Below, one piece after another: positions 15,900 to 24,623 of a stretch of DNA of 59,528 nucleotides. Source of the stretch: a virus (taxonomy: Duplodnaviria > Caudoviricetes); IMG/VR virus record IMGVR_UViG_3300025151_000039, positions 1 through 59,528 of that record; one strand, 5' to 3'. Position 1 is the first letter of the stretch; every line of letters begins with the position of its first letter. The notes beneath the pieces were generated by a model. That model had not been told where the DNA came from, searched no databases, and worked only from the letters and a program-made list of their open reading frames with translations. The position numbers and the translations under genes are program-made.

Positions 15900-16484
15900 A
15901 TGTTAGATATACCAACATTCTCTTCAACTAAAAGTGCTGGAGCAGGTCCATTATATGTGAACTCTGCAACAGTTACTGATATTAAAGCAGAGAAAGGTAA
16001 ATTCTCAGAAATAAGTCTAATCGTTAAGGCAGTAATGCATAATGAGCAGCGCTGGGAAAGAACTTTCTACTTTAATGGTGGATGGGAAAGAGATGCTTCA
16101 GGTAAAATTATAGGATGGGGACAAGTGTCAAGAGAAATCTTACCTTTCTTCAAAGCTGTAGGAGTACCTGAAGAAGTGTTACAAAAGTTAGACGAAACTG
16201 GAATTTCTGGAGCATTTGCTGACGCACTGCAAAAAGATTTCTCGTTTATAAGTTATTTAAATGAGGATAATAAATCCAGAACTTCAAAAATCGTTGGTCC
16301 AATGGATGATGATGAAAATCTTATGGAGAAATTCAAAGAAAATCATATGTATTGGACTCAGAAAGCTAGAAAGAAAATGTGGTGGCCGAAAGACTTTAAA
16401 GGGTTTAACGCCGAGGACAAAACTCAGTTTGAAATGAACAATAGCGTTCAACAAGCAGAGACTACCGCTTCAATGCCTTTCTAG
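15900..16484 (+). CDS. Putative single-stranded DNA-binding protein
   Basis: Between Sak4-like ATPase and primase; ends in ...MPF, an SSB-like tail. Confidence 0.55.
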   Translation: MLDIPTFSSTKSAGAGPLYVNSATVTDIKAEKGKFSEISLIVKAVMHNEQRWERTFYFNGGWERDASGKIIGWGQVSREILPFFKAVGVPEEVLQKLDETGISGAFADALQKDFSFISYLNEDNKSRTSKIVGPMDDDENLMEKFKENHMYWTQKARKKMWWPKDFKGFNAEDKTQFEMNNSVQQAETTASMPF

Positions 16485-16502
16485 AGAACCTGTGTTAGTT
16501 CG

Positions 16503-16530
16503 AGGGGTCGTATCTTATATGGCCCCTTTT
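16503..16530 (+). terminator. Rho-independent terminator
   Basis: AGGGGTCGTAT-CTT-ATATGGCCCCT followed by TTT. Confidence 0.65.
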
Positions 16531-16551
16531 CGTTTACATTAAGGAGGTAAA

Positions 16552-18366
16552 TTGGAAAAAATATTCAAAGAATTTGTTACAGGGCCTGTAAGGCATACTG
16601 CTGACATAAAAGAATTAACAGAAATTGCTAATTATGCTAATACAGCTAATGGCGAATCAATGTACATGAGTGTTTATGATTTCACTGAAGATTATGTTGA
16701 GTATGTTAAAGAGAAAAAATCAGTATCCGGCTATAATGGTTCCGTTTCCATTTCTAAATTATTCTTTGATATAGACATGGGAAAAGGTACAGAAAATATG
16801 TGCCTAACAAAAGCAAGGAATCTAGTAGATGAACTTGTTAATGGATGGGACTTAGATCCTCAATATATCCAACCTTGGTTTAGTGGTAAAGGATTTCATA
16901 TTATAACTCCAGACTTCTTTGGATTCGGAGTTGGAAGTGATGTTCCTGATAAAGTAAAGAACACTCTAACACATTATTTTAAAGATATTGACCCAGTAGT
17001 CTATGATACTATTCGACTCCTTAGAATGGGGAATAGCAAGCATGAGAAAACTGGATTATATAAAGTACCTTTAACAATTAATGAGTTAATGTCTTTTTCT
17101 TATAGTGATATTCAAGATATTGCAAAACAGAAAAGAGATAATCCTAGGTTTTTAGTTGATTGGAGTGGATTTGTTGCAGAAAATGAAGACAAAATCATTG
17201 AAAAGCAAACATTTGAAACTCCTAAACACACTGCAAGTTTTGAAAGAACTGCTACAGACTCAACGTGTTATATGACTTGTTGTCAAAAGATGTATAACCA
17301 GGGGCCTGTTAAAGGTGAAAGGCACACGACTCTTCTCAGATTAGGATCTTGGTTAAAGCGAACCGGTATGACTGAAAGCGTAGCCGTCAAAATATTACTA
17401 GAATGGGGCTCTGCAGAAATAGCTGATCCTAGTACTAGTTTTAATGAGACTGAAATTACCAAAATTATCCGCAATGTTTACGACAAAGGTTATACTTATT
17501 GGTGTAGCGATGAATTGATGTCTAAATACTGCGAAGAGAAGTGTGTTTATTTTCAAAACAGAGAAAATCATGTAGCCTTTAAGAACAATGAACAAGTTTC
17601 TAACGAGTTTATTGATTGGTTTACAGGTTTTAATTATGATGATTCTGTAGATATAGGGACGTTTTGTGGCTCTCATGTACCATGGTGGGCTAATCCTAAA
17701 GAACTTATTGTTGTCTCAGGTGATTCTGGAGCAGGTAAGTCAGCTTTTATGCAAAACTTAATGCTTAAAAGTGGATTAAGAACCGCTTATTATCAGATGG
17801 AGATGGGTGAAGAATTGGATCGCTTAAGATTTAATAAAATGTATTTCCAGATGGACGATGAACAGTTGAAGGATCACTTTAAAGGGATGAGCAGGCAAGA
17901 ACTGATGGATAGCCAGAAAGTTTTCGACGAGATATACTTCAAAAGCGCAGCTCCAAGTATTGATTTTATCAAGAAAGAAGTTGCTATGTTTGAGCCTAAG
18001 ATTATCGTCATTGATACTATGGATATGATTAATAGTAGAGCTCGTAGTAGACTTGACCAACAAAGAGATATTGTTATTAAGTTGAAACGTTTAGCTATCG
18101 AGACTGATAGTATTGTATTTGCAATAGCTCATAAGACTAAATCATCTTCTGATGTTCATTCAGAATTTTATAATAATTCAAATAATGCAATTGCTGGTGA
18201 TGGAGCAATCTTTCAAAAAGCTGATAAAATATTATTCGTAACTACACCTAGAGGACAAGGGTCTCGAGAGAGATCTATTGTGTCATCTAAAAATAGAAAC
18301 GAAGGTCTTCTTAATGAGAAGATGTTATTTATTGGTGAAAAGATGCTTTATAAACCAGCTCAATAG
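16552..18366 (+). CDS. Primase-polymerase (AEP) - PriCT-like - SF4/RecA-type helicase fusion
   Basis: FFDID, WFSGKGFH and RLLRMGNSKHEKTGLYK (AEP); GERHTTLLRLG; SGDSGAGKS Walker A, IVIDT Walker B and KNR. TTG start with AAGGAGG SD. Confidence 0.9.
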   Translation: MEKIFKEFVTGPVRHTADIKELTEIANYANTANGESMYMSVYDFTEDYVEYVKEKKSVSGYNGSVSISKLFFDIDMGKGTENMCLTKARNLVDELVNGWDLDPQYIQPWFSGKGFHIITPDFFGFGVGSDVPDKVKNTLTHYFKDIDPVVYDTIRLLRMGNSKHEKTGLYKVPLTINELMSFSYSDIQDIAKQKRDNPRFLVDWSGFVAENEDKIIEKQTFETPKHTASFERTATDSTCYMTCCQKMYNQGPVKGERHTTLLRLGSWLKRTGMTESVAVKILLEWGSAEIADPSTSFNETEITKIIRNVYDKGYTYWCSDELMSKYCEEKCVYFQNRENHVAFKNNEQVSNEFIDWFTGFNYDDSVDIGTFCGSHVPWWANPKELIVVSGDSGAGKSAFMQNLMLKSGLRTAYYQMEMGEELDRLRFNKMYFQMDDEQLKDHFKGMSRQELMDSQKVFDEIYFKSAAPSIDFIKKEVAMFEPKIIVIDTMDMINSRARSRLDQQRDIVIKLKRLAIETDSIVFAIAHKTKSSSDVHSEFYNNSNNAIAGDGAIFQKADKILFVTTPRGQGSRERSIVSSKNRNEGLLNEKMLFIGEKMLYKPAQ

Positions 18367-18385
18367 ATACTGCCAAATAGAGCGT

Positions 18386-18510
18386 TATAGAAACTAACTT
18401 GGACTCGCACGTAGGGCACGTAGGCTCTGTTTTATTGGGTGTTGATTTTCACTACAAACAGTAAGTCTCCTACAGTCCGTGGTTGAGAAACCATCATAAC
18501 TAGTTCTATA
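18386..18510 (+). ncRNA. Structured intergenic element (~125 nt)
   Basis: Nested stems TTATAGAA-CTA/TAG-TTCTATAA, GGACT/AGTCC, GTAGG/CCTAC, CTGTTT/AAACAG; TGGTT-GAGA-AACCA GNRA hairpin. Confidence 0.5.
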
Positions 18511-18671
18511 AATTATACATTGATTGGACTAGGGGATTACGAGCTTCTAAAATGTATCAGTATCTAAGATTTATGATACCTCCTTGGTAGCGTAATAAAT
18601 AAGAGAGAGATGCGCAAGGTATAAGAAAAATGCTAGCAACTCTCTCTCTTATAATCATTAGAAAGGAATAT

Positions 18672-18833
18672 ATGGCACACACAATCAAAGAAGATATGCA
18701 TAGAGCAAAACGAGAATACCTTGTTTCTTTAAAGCAAAGGATGTTAAAATTAATTGATGATGAAATCGAGAAATGCGACATTCTTATAGATAAAGAACAA
18801 AGGAAAATACACTATGATAACGATAGGAATTGA
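18672..18833 (+). CDS. Small coiled-coil hypothetical protein (53 aa)
   Basis: AAAGGA SD before ATG 18672. Confidence 0.6.
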   Translation: MAHTIKEDMHRAKREYLVSLKQRMLKLIDDEIEKCDILIDKEQRKIHYDNDRN

Positions 18834-19275
18834 CCCTGGTAAAGGAGGGGGAATAGCTTTTATACGTGACGGGGGACTTGCTCACGCATTTAAATGCCCT
18901 TCTACTCCAGAGGAAGCTGTTAGAATTATAAAGCAAGAAACTAAGGGTTTTAGAAAAAAACGCGCTATTATAGAGAAAGTACACAGTATGCCAAGAGACG
19001 GCGTTGTTAGTGCTTTTAGTTTTGGGCGTAATTATGGAGAGTGGTTAGGTATATTAGCAGCGCTAAGGATACCTGTTTCTCATGTAAGGCCTCAAGAATG
19101 GCAAAAATTCTACGGAAAACTTCCTAAAGAAAAAAAATCTCGCAAGCATAAATTAAAAAATTTGGCTTTTGAACTGTATCCAGGGGCCAAGAACACACTG
19201 GCAACAGCCGACGCTATTTTAATTGGGCATTATTTCTTAAATTTAAGCATAGTAAAAGTCGGAGTTTTTAAATGA
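18814..19275 (+). CDS. RuvC-like Holliday junction resolvase
   Basis: IGIDPGKGGGIA, IIEKV, SAFSFG..YG, V.PQEWQK and ADAILI. Confidence 0.9.
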   Translation: MITIGIDPGKGGGIAFIRDGGLAHAFKCPSTPEEAVRIIKQETKGFRKKRAIIEKVHSMPRDGVVSAFSFGRNYGEWLGILAALRIPVSHVRPQEWQKFYGKLPKEKKSRKHKLKNLAFELYPGAKNTLATADAILIGHYFLNLSIVKVGVFK

Positions 19276-19448
19276 TTGCCCAATCAGATAAAATTAAACA
19301 TACAATAGAACAGTGGTGTGACAAAGGGTGTATTGACCCTCATACAGAGTTAATATGCAGAACTGGACATGCTATTGTTAAAGAACAAGAGAGAACAAAT
19401 TTATTACTTTTGGAGTTACTAAATAGAACAGTCAAAAACGACAAATGA
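19272..19448 (+). CDS. Small hypothetical protein (58 aa)
   Basis: GGAG SD; MIAQSDKIKHTIEQWCDKGC...; overlaps the resolvase stop. Confidence 0.55.
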   Translation: MIAQSDKIKHTIEQWCDKGCIDPHTELICRTGHAIVKEQERTNLLLLELLNRTVKNDK

Positions 19449-19653
19449 ATGCTGGACCTGTGTTTATCAGGCTTTAAAAGGTAATACTTTTCTTGGAAAC
19501 TGCCTATTCTTTAGAGTTTTAGGTCAAGATCCAAAGCCTATTCCAGAAGATATAGTAGATAAAGGCTGCGCTAACTGGAAGAAAAAAAGTAAAGAAAATC
19601 ATCCTCTACTTATAGAGGTTATAAAAACATTTAAAGGGAAAGTTCTTTTATGA
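19423..19653 (+). CDS. Small Cys-containing protein (about 76 aa), probable non-AUG start
   Basis: Open frame ...ECWTCVYQ...GNCLFF...KGCANW...; GGAG 7 nt before ATA 19423; stop overlaps the next ATG (ATGA). Confidence 0.45.
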   Translation: MEQSKTTNECWTCVYQALKGNTFLGNCLFFRVLGQDPKPIPEDIVDKGCANWKKKSKENHPLLIEVIKTFKGKVLL

Positions 19654-20366
19654 TAGATTTTGAAAAAATCTTAGGTGATTGGATGGAATTATGCAATGAA
19701 TCGAATCGCTTAGAAAGATATGAGGGTATGGAGAAATGGTTTGGAGGCTCTTCTAGCGGAAGCTGCAGGAGAAAACTCTACTATAAAGCCAACTCTTATG
19801 ATAAAACAAATGAAACAAGTCAATCTTCTTTAAGAAAAATGCGCTTAGGGACTATATTTCATGAAGATATGGAACAAGCACTTGATTTATTTAATAACAA
19901 TAGTCAGTCAGAAGGATGGCAAGATGGCAAATTCCACATAGAAAAAGAGCTTAGAGTTGAAAAGCTTAATCTTAGAGGTTTTGCTGATGCTATATTTGAA
20001 GCTCCAACAGGAGAAATCTTTCTGTATGACTTTAAAACTGCAGGTAGTTTTCCTTGGAAGCTTAAGTTTGGAAAGACAGGAAACCCTAATGACGAAAGAT
20101 ATGCTCTACAGCTAGGCTCTTATGGTGAAGCTGTTAAACAGAACTTTGGAAGGCTAGATGGAATGTATCTTGTTTATTATAACAAAGATAACTCTGACAT
20201 GCGGACCGTAGAAGTACCACTTCATTATACTGATAAAGCGGTAGAATGGTGGACTGAGACAGGTTTAGTGCACGCAGGTGGACTACCTCCTCTTAAACCA
20301 GGAGAAAATCCTTCTGCAGCATGGGAATGTAATTACTGTGAATGGAAAGACTTATGTCTTAATTAA
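19650..20366 (+). CDS. Cas4-like / PD-(D/E)XK exonuclease with 4-Cys cluster
   Basis: SCRRK, LGTIFHE, GFADAI, YDFKT, QLGSY and C-terminal CNYCEWKDLC. Confidence 0.88.
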   Translation: MIDFEKILGDWMELCNESNRLERYEGMEKWFGGSSSGSCRRKLYYKANSYDKTNETSQSSLRKMRLGTIFHEDMEQALDLFNNNSQSEGWQDGKFHIEKELRVEKLNLRGFADAIFEAPTGEIFLYDFKTAGSFPWKLKFGKTGNPNDERYALQLGSYGEAVKQNFGRLDGMYLVYYNKDNSDMRTVEVPLHYTDKAVEWWTETGLVHAGGLPPLKPGENPSAAWECNYCEWKDLCLN

Positions 20367-20389
20367 GCTAACTAATACAAAGGAGGACA

Positions 20390-20683
20390 ATGTATTACAA
20401 CACAACTAATCAGAGTGGAAGAGCTCTGCAAGAAAGCCGCACGAAGGCTGAAAGTCAAGAAGATAAAATCTTAAAAATATTCAACTTAGTCCCCGAGAGA
20501 CCTATGGGGCCAAACATGGTTATGAAAATGTACAATAATCATTTCACAGCAACACCTATTACTTCAATCAGAAGAGCTATAACTAATCTAACTATTAAAG
20601 GTAAGTTGGCTAAGCATGATGAGATGGAAATGGGGGGTTATGGAAAAATGGAGCATACCTGGAAATTACCAGAAGATGCATAA
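20390..20683 (+). CDS. Winged-helix DNA-binding protein
   Basis: ITSIRRAITNLTIKGKL recognition-helix/wing pattern; AGGAGG SD. Confidence 0.65.
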   Translation: MYYNTTNQSGRALQESRTKAESQEDKILKIFNLVPERPMGPNMVMKMYNNHFTATPITSIRRAITNLTIKGKLAKHDEMEMGGYGKMEHTWKLPEDA

Positions 20684-21008
20684 GCCTACATTTGATTACT
20701 TGATGAAAGAAGAGATATTGCCTGCAGTAACCAATACTCGTGAAGAGGGGCAGAAAGAATATGCTCATGATGTAAAAAACATATTTGCTAATTTTGAGCG
20801 TGTTTCAGGCACTTTATCTATTAAACGGGAGAAAGTATTAATGACTTATTTTCTCAAGCATATAGACGGCATTATGGCCCATATTGATGGACATGAGAGT
20901 CAAAGAGAATCAGTTTATGGAAGACTAACTGATGCGATAGTATATTTAACTTTATTATGGGGAATGTTTCGAGATGAAGAAGTCAAGAATAAAAAACTGG
21001 AAAGTTAG
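20676..21008 (+). CDS. All-alpha nucleotide pyrophosphatase-like protein (DUF1599/Nmad1-like)
   Basis: QKEYA....IFANFE, LKHID.I and ES..GRLTDAIVYL.LL patterns. Start placed at ATG 20676. Confidence 0.6.
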   Translation: MHKPTFDYLMKEEILPAVTNTREEGQKEYAHDVKNIFANFERVSGTLSIKREKVLMTYFLKHIDGIMAHIDGHESQRESVYGRLTDAIVYLTLLWGMFRDEEVKNKKLES

Positions 21009-21186
21009 TGTAGTCACTAGAGCTTTTAAAGAAATAGAGGCTGAATCTTTAGTAGAAGCTGGTGATAAAGTAGCTAAATGGGCTGATGAAAATCCATATG
21101 AATTATGGAATTGGTTTAGCCAAAAAGGCCACACTATTTCAGGTGAAAGTATTGAAGAAATTAGCAATGAAAAAACCGAATCTTAA
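20974..21186 (+). CDS. Hypothetical protein
   Basis: 70-aa ORF in a tightly packed operon. Confidence 0.55.
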   Translation: MKKSRIKNWKVSVVTRAFKEIEAESLVEAGDKVAKWADENPYELWNWFSQKGHTISGESIEEISNEKTES

Positions 21187-21391
21187 AGAATACCGTAGAC
21201 TAGCCAGAGAGTACGCAGAGAAAAGGGGTCGCTCGATCCCTTTTAGCGTGCTCGGAACTAAATTTACATTAAGTGATTTAGTTAGAGCTTTTAGAAGAAA
21301 CCCTCATTGGATAGAGTTTAAAGATAAAGAATGGAGGATTCTTGATAAATATTTCCCAGAATTTAAAAAACAAAATGATAAAAAGTTGTAA
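21167..21391 (+). CDS. Basic hypothetical protein
   Basis: Likely start MKKPNL at 21167, overlapping the previous ORF end. Confidence 0.55.
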   Translation: MKKPNLKEYRRLAREYAEKRGRSIPFSVLGTKFTLSDLVRAFRRNPHWIEFKDKEWRILDKYFPEFKKQNDKKL

Positions 21392-21458
21392 TCAATGTGG
21401 ATCATCATTACACATACAGCAATGTACTTGCCCTGCATGTGGATATGAAGATGACTGA
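21375..21458 (+). CDS. Minimal zinc-ribbon peptide (27 aa)
   Basis: MIKSCNQCGSSLHIQQCTCPACGYEDD has two CxxCG knuckles. Confidence 0.5.
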   Translation: MIKSCNQCGSSLHIQQCTCPACGYEDD

Positions 21459-21477
21459 GGTGTGACTATTTATCAGG

Positions 21478-21660
21478 ATGATAAAGATGCCAAGAAGCCA
21501 AGAAGAGATATTAAAAGAAATGGATGATACTAGTATGACCTTAGATAAATTGAGGTCATCAGGTGCTCCTCCAGAATCTTTAGAATTTTACGAAGGTTGG
21601 CTGCAGGCATTAGCTTGGGTTTTAACAAATAATAATATAGATGAAGAAGGAGAGACTTAG
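21478..21660 (+). CDS. Hypothetical protein
   Basis: 60-aa ORF, with EGWLQALAWVL helix. Confidence 0.6.
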   Translation: MIKMPRSQEEILKEMDDTSMTLDKLRSSGAPPESLEFYEGWLQALAWVLTNNNIDEEGET

Positions 21661-21821
21661 TGAAGTTTAACACTCAAAATAGACGAGAGCAGAAAGACTA
21701 TATATTAAAAGATATGGATAATTATAAACGAAAACTTAAGTATGCAAATACAAAAAACGAAGTGTATGTATTAATAAAAGATCTGTACTCTTCCCTCAGG
21801 AGACTTTTAACGTTAGTTTAA
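21660..21821 (+). CDS. Small basic protein (53 aa, GTG start), last gene of the plus arm
   Basis: AAGGAG SD; open frame overlapping the convergent stop of the 931-aa gene. Confidence 0.5.
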   Translation: MKFNTQNRREQKDYILKDMDNYKRKLKYANTKNEVYVLIKDLYSSLRRLLTLV

Positions 21822-24608
21822 AAGAGCTTCTAACGCTTGATTAATTTGACTTTTCCTGCGATCTTGATCTTTAGGTTGCAGGTCAAAAGTCTTCACTACT
21901 TTATCTCTAAATTGCTTCCCAGCCTCTGCAATGTATTTATTCCTAGTGTGTAATCCTAGCTCAGACATAATAGCTTTCTCTCTATTTCCTCTAAAAAATG
22001 ATGGCAGTGTATAGTTTAAACGAGTGGCCATCGAACCATTTAAAAGCCTGGTCATCTTATATCTTTTAGAAAGATCATCTAAATCCTTAACATCTTCATC
22101 CATAAACTTTTTAATAGGAAATAGAGAACCCTCTTCTAGTTCGTAAAAATTAAAAAGCCTCCCAATATCAACACCTGCATTAAAAGATGGGCCTAGATTG
22201 CTTAACAAGCCAGATCTATATAAAGAATCTCGAATTGTACGCTGACCTTCTTCTGTGTTAGGGTCTGCAGTTAAAGCTCTATAATGATCTGTTATCATTT
22301 TTAAAGATTCAATTGCTATAAAATTACTAAATCCATATCCGGTAGCTGCAGAAGCAAGGCCGGCCATTGTATAGCCAAAACCTATTCTGTATAATTTTTT
22401 AGCATCTTCACCAGTCCATCGACCAGCTCTCATATCTCTTAAGCCGTGCTTAGCTAAATTGTATTGCATATCAGTCATAAATGCAAGATAATGCTTATAC
22501 TGACCTATGACGGATCCTACATTCGTGGTTAAGGCATGTGGTTTACTTATATTAGAGTAATCACCATGTATATTAATAGTCATATTATAAGCTTCTCTAC
22601 CAGCTTTATTATTTATTCGAGCATTAAGATCAGCTTCAGATGCTTTTGGTGAATTAAACTCTCTACGCTTCCATTCTAAAGGGCGATCCATTAAATTTTT
22701 ATGTATCCTGCCAAATACAGCTTTAAAGGTACCTGTTCTATTATAATTCTCTACAATAGTATGAAACGCACCTGATTTAGCAGATATTTTCTCAATAGTT
22801 TGAAGTGTTTTTTCAAATAAACCTTCATTAACTATGTCTATTTCAACGCGCTCATTACCGGCGTCATCTTTTACTACCTTTCTTCTTAACCCAGGGACAA
22901 CAGCCTCTTCTAGGTCTCCTCTAAATGAGTTGGTATTAGATACTTCCGATTTCATGATCTGATAAATTTTTGCCAAGCTTGTATTATCACTAGCCCATTT
23001 TAACCCATGAGCTCTTAACTGGTCTTGATATATAGCTTCCATATTGTTGGAAGACAAATACTCTTTAGCCTCAGATCTAGCTCCTGCCCCTAAGTGAACG
23101 TATTCCCAGAACCGTTGAGCAGCGTTTTGAATTGGAGACTTAACTGATAAACCTATATTTCTAAAGAAAGCTGTTGCTGTTAAGAATCTCTTAGCATTAT
23201 TCCCGAAAGAGCCTTGCTCACCTGTTCCAATAAAAGCTTTTTCTTGTATCCTTTGAATAGATCTAAAAGCCTCGTCAACGTAAGTATCAACCCATTCTTT
23301 ATCAGAAGTAGCTAGCATTTTACCATTCTTTTGAACTCTGGTTAAATAATCAACTGTTTCATATATAGCATCATTCATGTTAGTTTTGTAGTTGTAAAAA
23401 GAAACATCATTCATATATTTTTCAATGATATAAAACGGATCTTTACTATGATACTTATCAGTCAAAGTACCTCTTCTCTTCATGCTGTCTATTTTGTTTT
23501 GAAAATTCATCAAAGTAGATTCAACTGCCTCCTGGGCAGTCATAGTGCTGTTATTATTTTCTAAATTTCTTCTAACCTCTCTAGCTAATGGTATAAAGTC
23601 TAAAACATAATGAGGCATATACTCAGAAGATATTTGATGCTTTTGTTTTTTATCAAGGCCATATTTATTAATATCATTCATATCTAAGTCATAAACTTTT
23701 GCAATACCTTGTACATTAGACTTAATTTCCATCTCCATTATTTGAGATTTTAACTCTTCAATCAATCTAGATGATTGCTTTTGATTGCCTATTCTACTTT
23801 CAATCTTCTTAATGTATGCAATCTCTGTTTCCATGCCTCTAGTAAGCGTTCTAAGGAGGTTTTTTCTCATAGAGACCCAACCATCCCTTATGTTTTTAAA
23901 ATGCTTTTTATGGGTCATACTCCAATCGGTAGCAATTCCTGTTTTAGGATGTGAGTATTGAAGAGATTCAATAGGAGCTCCCTCCATTACATTTGCAATA
24001 GTATTATAGAATTGACCAGCCATAGCTCTTCCGCCTGGAGAATCCATTGACTTTAAATAAAAGTCTAAATCTGCCTTAGCTTTTAATTTAGCTTCTTTAG
24101 AAGGAGCTTTAAGGTAAGATGCTTCTAACTTAGATAATTCTGACAATTCAATCTTTAAATCTTTAGCAATAGCAGAGACACCTTTCAGTATCTGCTCCTT
24201 ACCTCGACTATTTTCCACTCTATTTTCGTTTTTATAAGACATAATAGACGCGATTCGTCCATAAAGCTCTTTACCTTGTGGCAGTTTTCTTAAGACAGCC
24301 TGCAAAACTTTAAAATCATTAAACCCTGGATTGAAACCCTTAGACATTTCACTAGATCTAGCTCTTAGATCCATCATAGCAACTTTCCAATCTTGCTTGT
24401 TCATAGGCTCAATAGTAATATCCTTGCCAGTAGCCTCTCTAAGCCAGGAATTTGCTATATCTAAATCATTGTTAATAACTAGCTTTTTAAAAATTGGATC
24501 TTGAGAGAACTTTTTTAAATAAGCCATGTAGTTTTTACCTTCACCCTTGAAATCTCTATCGTCAAACTTAGGGTCAAAGGATTTAGGATTTTTGCATAAA
24601 AAATTCAT
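21813..24608 (-). CDS. Large internal virion / ejected protein
   Basis: 931 aa, helical, last in the block of giant virion genes. Confidence 0.55.
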   Translation of the reverse strand: MNFLCKNPKSFDPKFDDRDFKGEGKNYMAYLKKFSQDPIFKKLVINNDLDIANSWLREATGKDITIEPMNKQDWKVAMMDLRARSSEMSKGFNPGFNDFKVLQAVLRKLPQGKELYGRIASIMSYKNENRVENSRGKEQILKGVSAIAKDLKIELSELSKLEASYLKAPSKEAKLKAKADLDFYLKSMDSPGGRAMAGQFYNTIANVMEGAPIESLQYSHPKTGIATDWSMTHKKHFKNIRDGWVSMRKNLLRTLTRGMETEIAYIKKIESRIGNQKQSSRLIEELKSQIMEMEIKSNVQGIAKVYDLDMNDINKYGLDKKQKHQISSEYMPHYVLDFIPLAREVRRNLENNNSTMTAQEAVESTLMNFQNKIDSMKRRGTLTDKYHSKDPFYIIEKYMNDVSFYNYKTNMNDAIYETVDYLTRVQKNGKMLATSDKEWVDTYVDEAFRSIQRIQEKAFIGTGEQGSFGNNAKRFLTATAFFRNIGLSVKSPIQNAAQRFWEYVHLGAGARSEAKEYLSSNNMEAIYQDQLRAHGLKWASDNTSLAKIYQIMKSEVSNTNSFRGDLEEAVVPGLRRKVVKDDAGNERVEIDIVNEGLFEKTLQTIEKISAKSGAFHTIVENYNRTGTFKAVFGRIHKNLMDRPLEWKRREFNSPKASEADLNARINNKAGREAYNMTINIHGDYSNISKPHALTTNVGSVIGQYKHYLAFMTDMQYNLAKHGLRDMRAGRWTGEDAKKLYRIGFGYTMAGLASAATGYGFSNFIAIESLKMITDHYRALTADPNTEEGQRTIRDSLYRSGLLSNLGPSFNAGVDIGRLFNFYELEEGSLFPIKKFMDEDVKDLDDLSKRYKMTRLLNGSMATRLNYTLPSFFRGNREKAIMSELGLHTRNKYIAEAGKQFRDKVVKTFDLQPKDQDRRKSQINQALEALLN

Positions 24609-24623
24609 ATTATATATTCCTGT

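Noticed and set aside
19650-20366. Cas4 as evidence of a CRISPR system
   Set aside because: No repeat-spacer array or other cas genes were seen; solo Cas4-like nucleases are common phage recombination genes.
21456-21527. Selenocysteine or stop readthrough at the TGA of the 27-aa zinc ribbon
   Set aside because: No convincing SECIS-like hairpin follows, and TGA/TAG/TAA all behave as stops elsewhere; no sign of genome-wide recoding.
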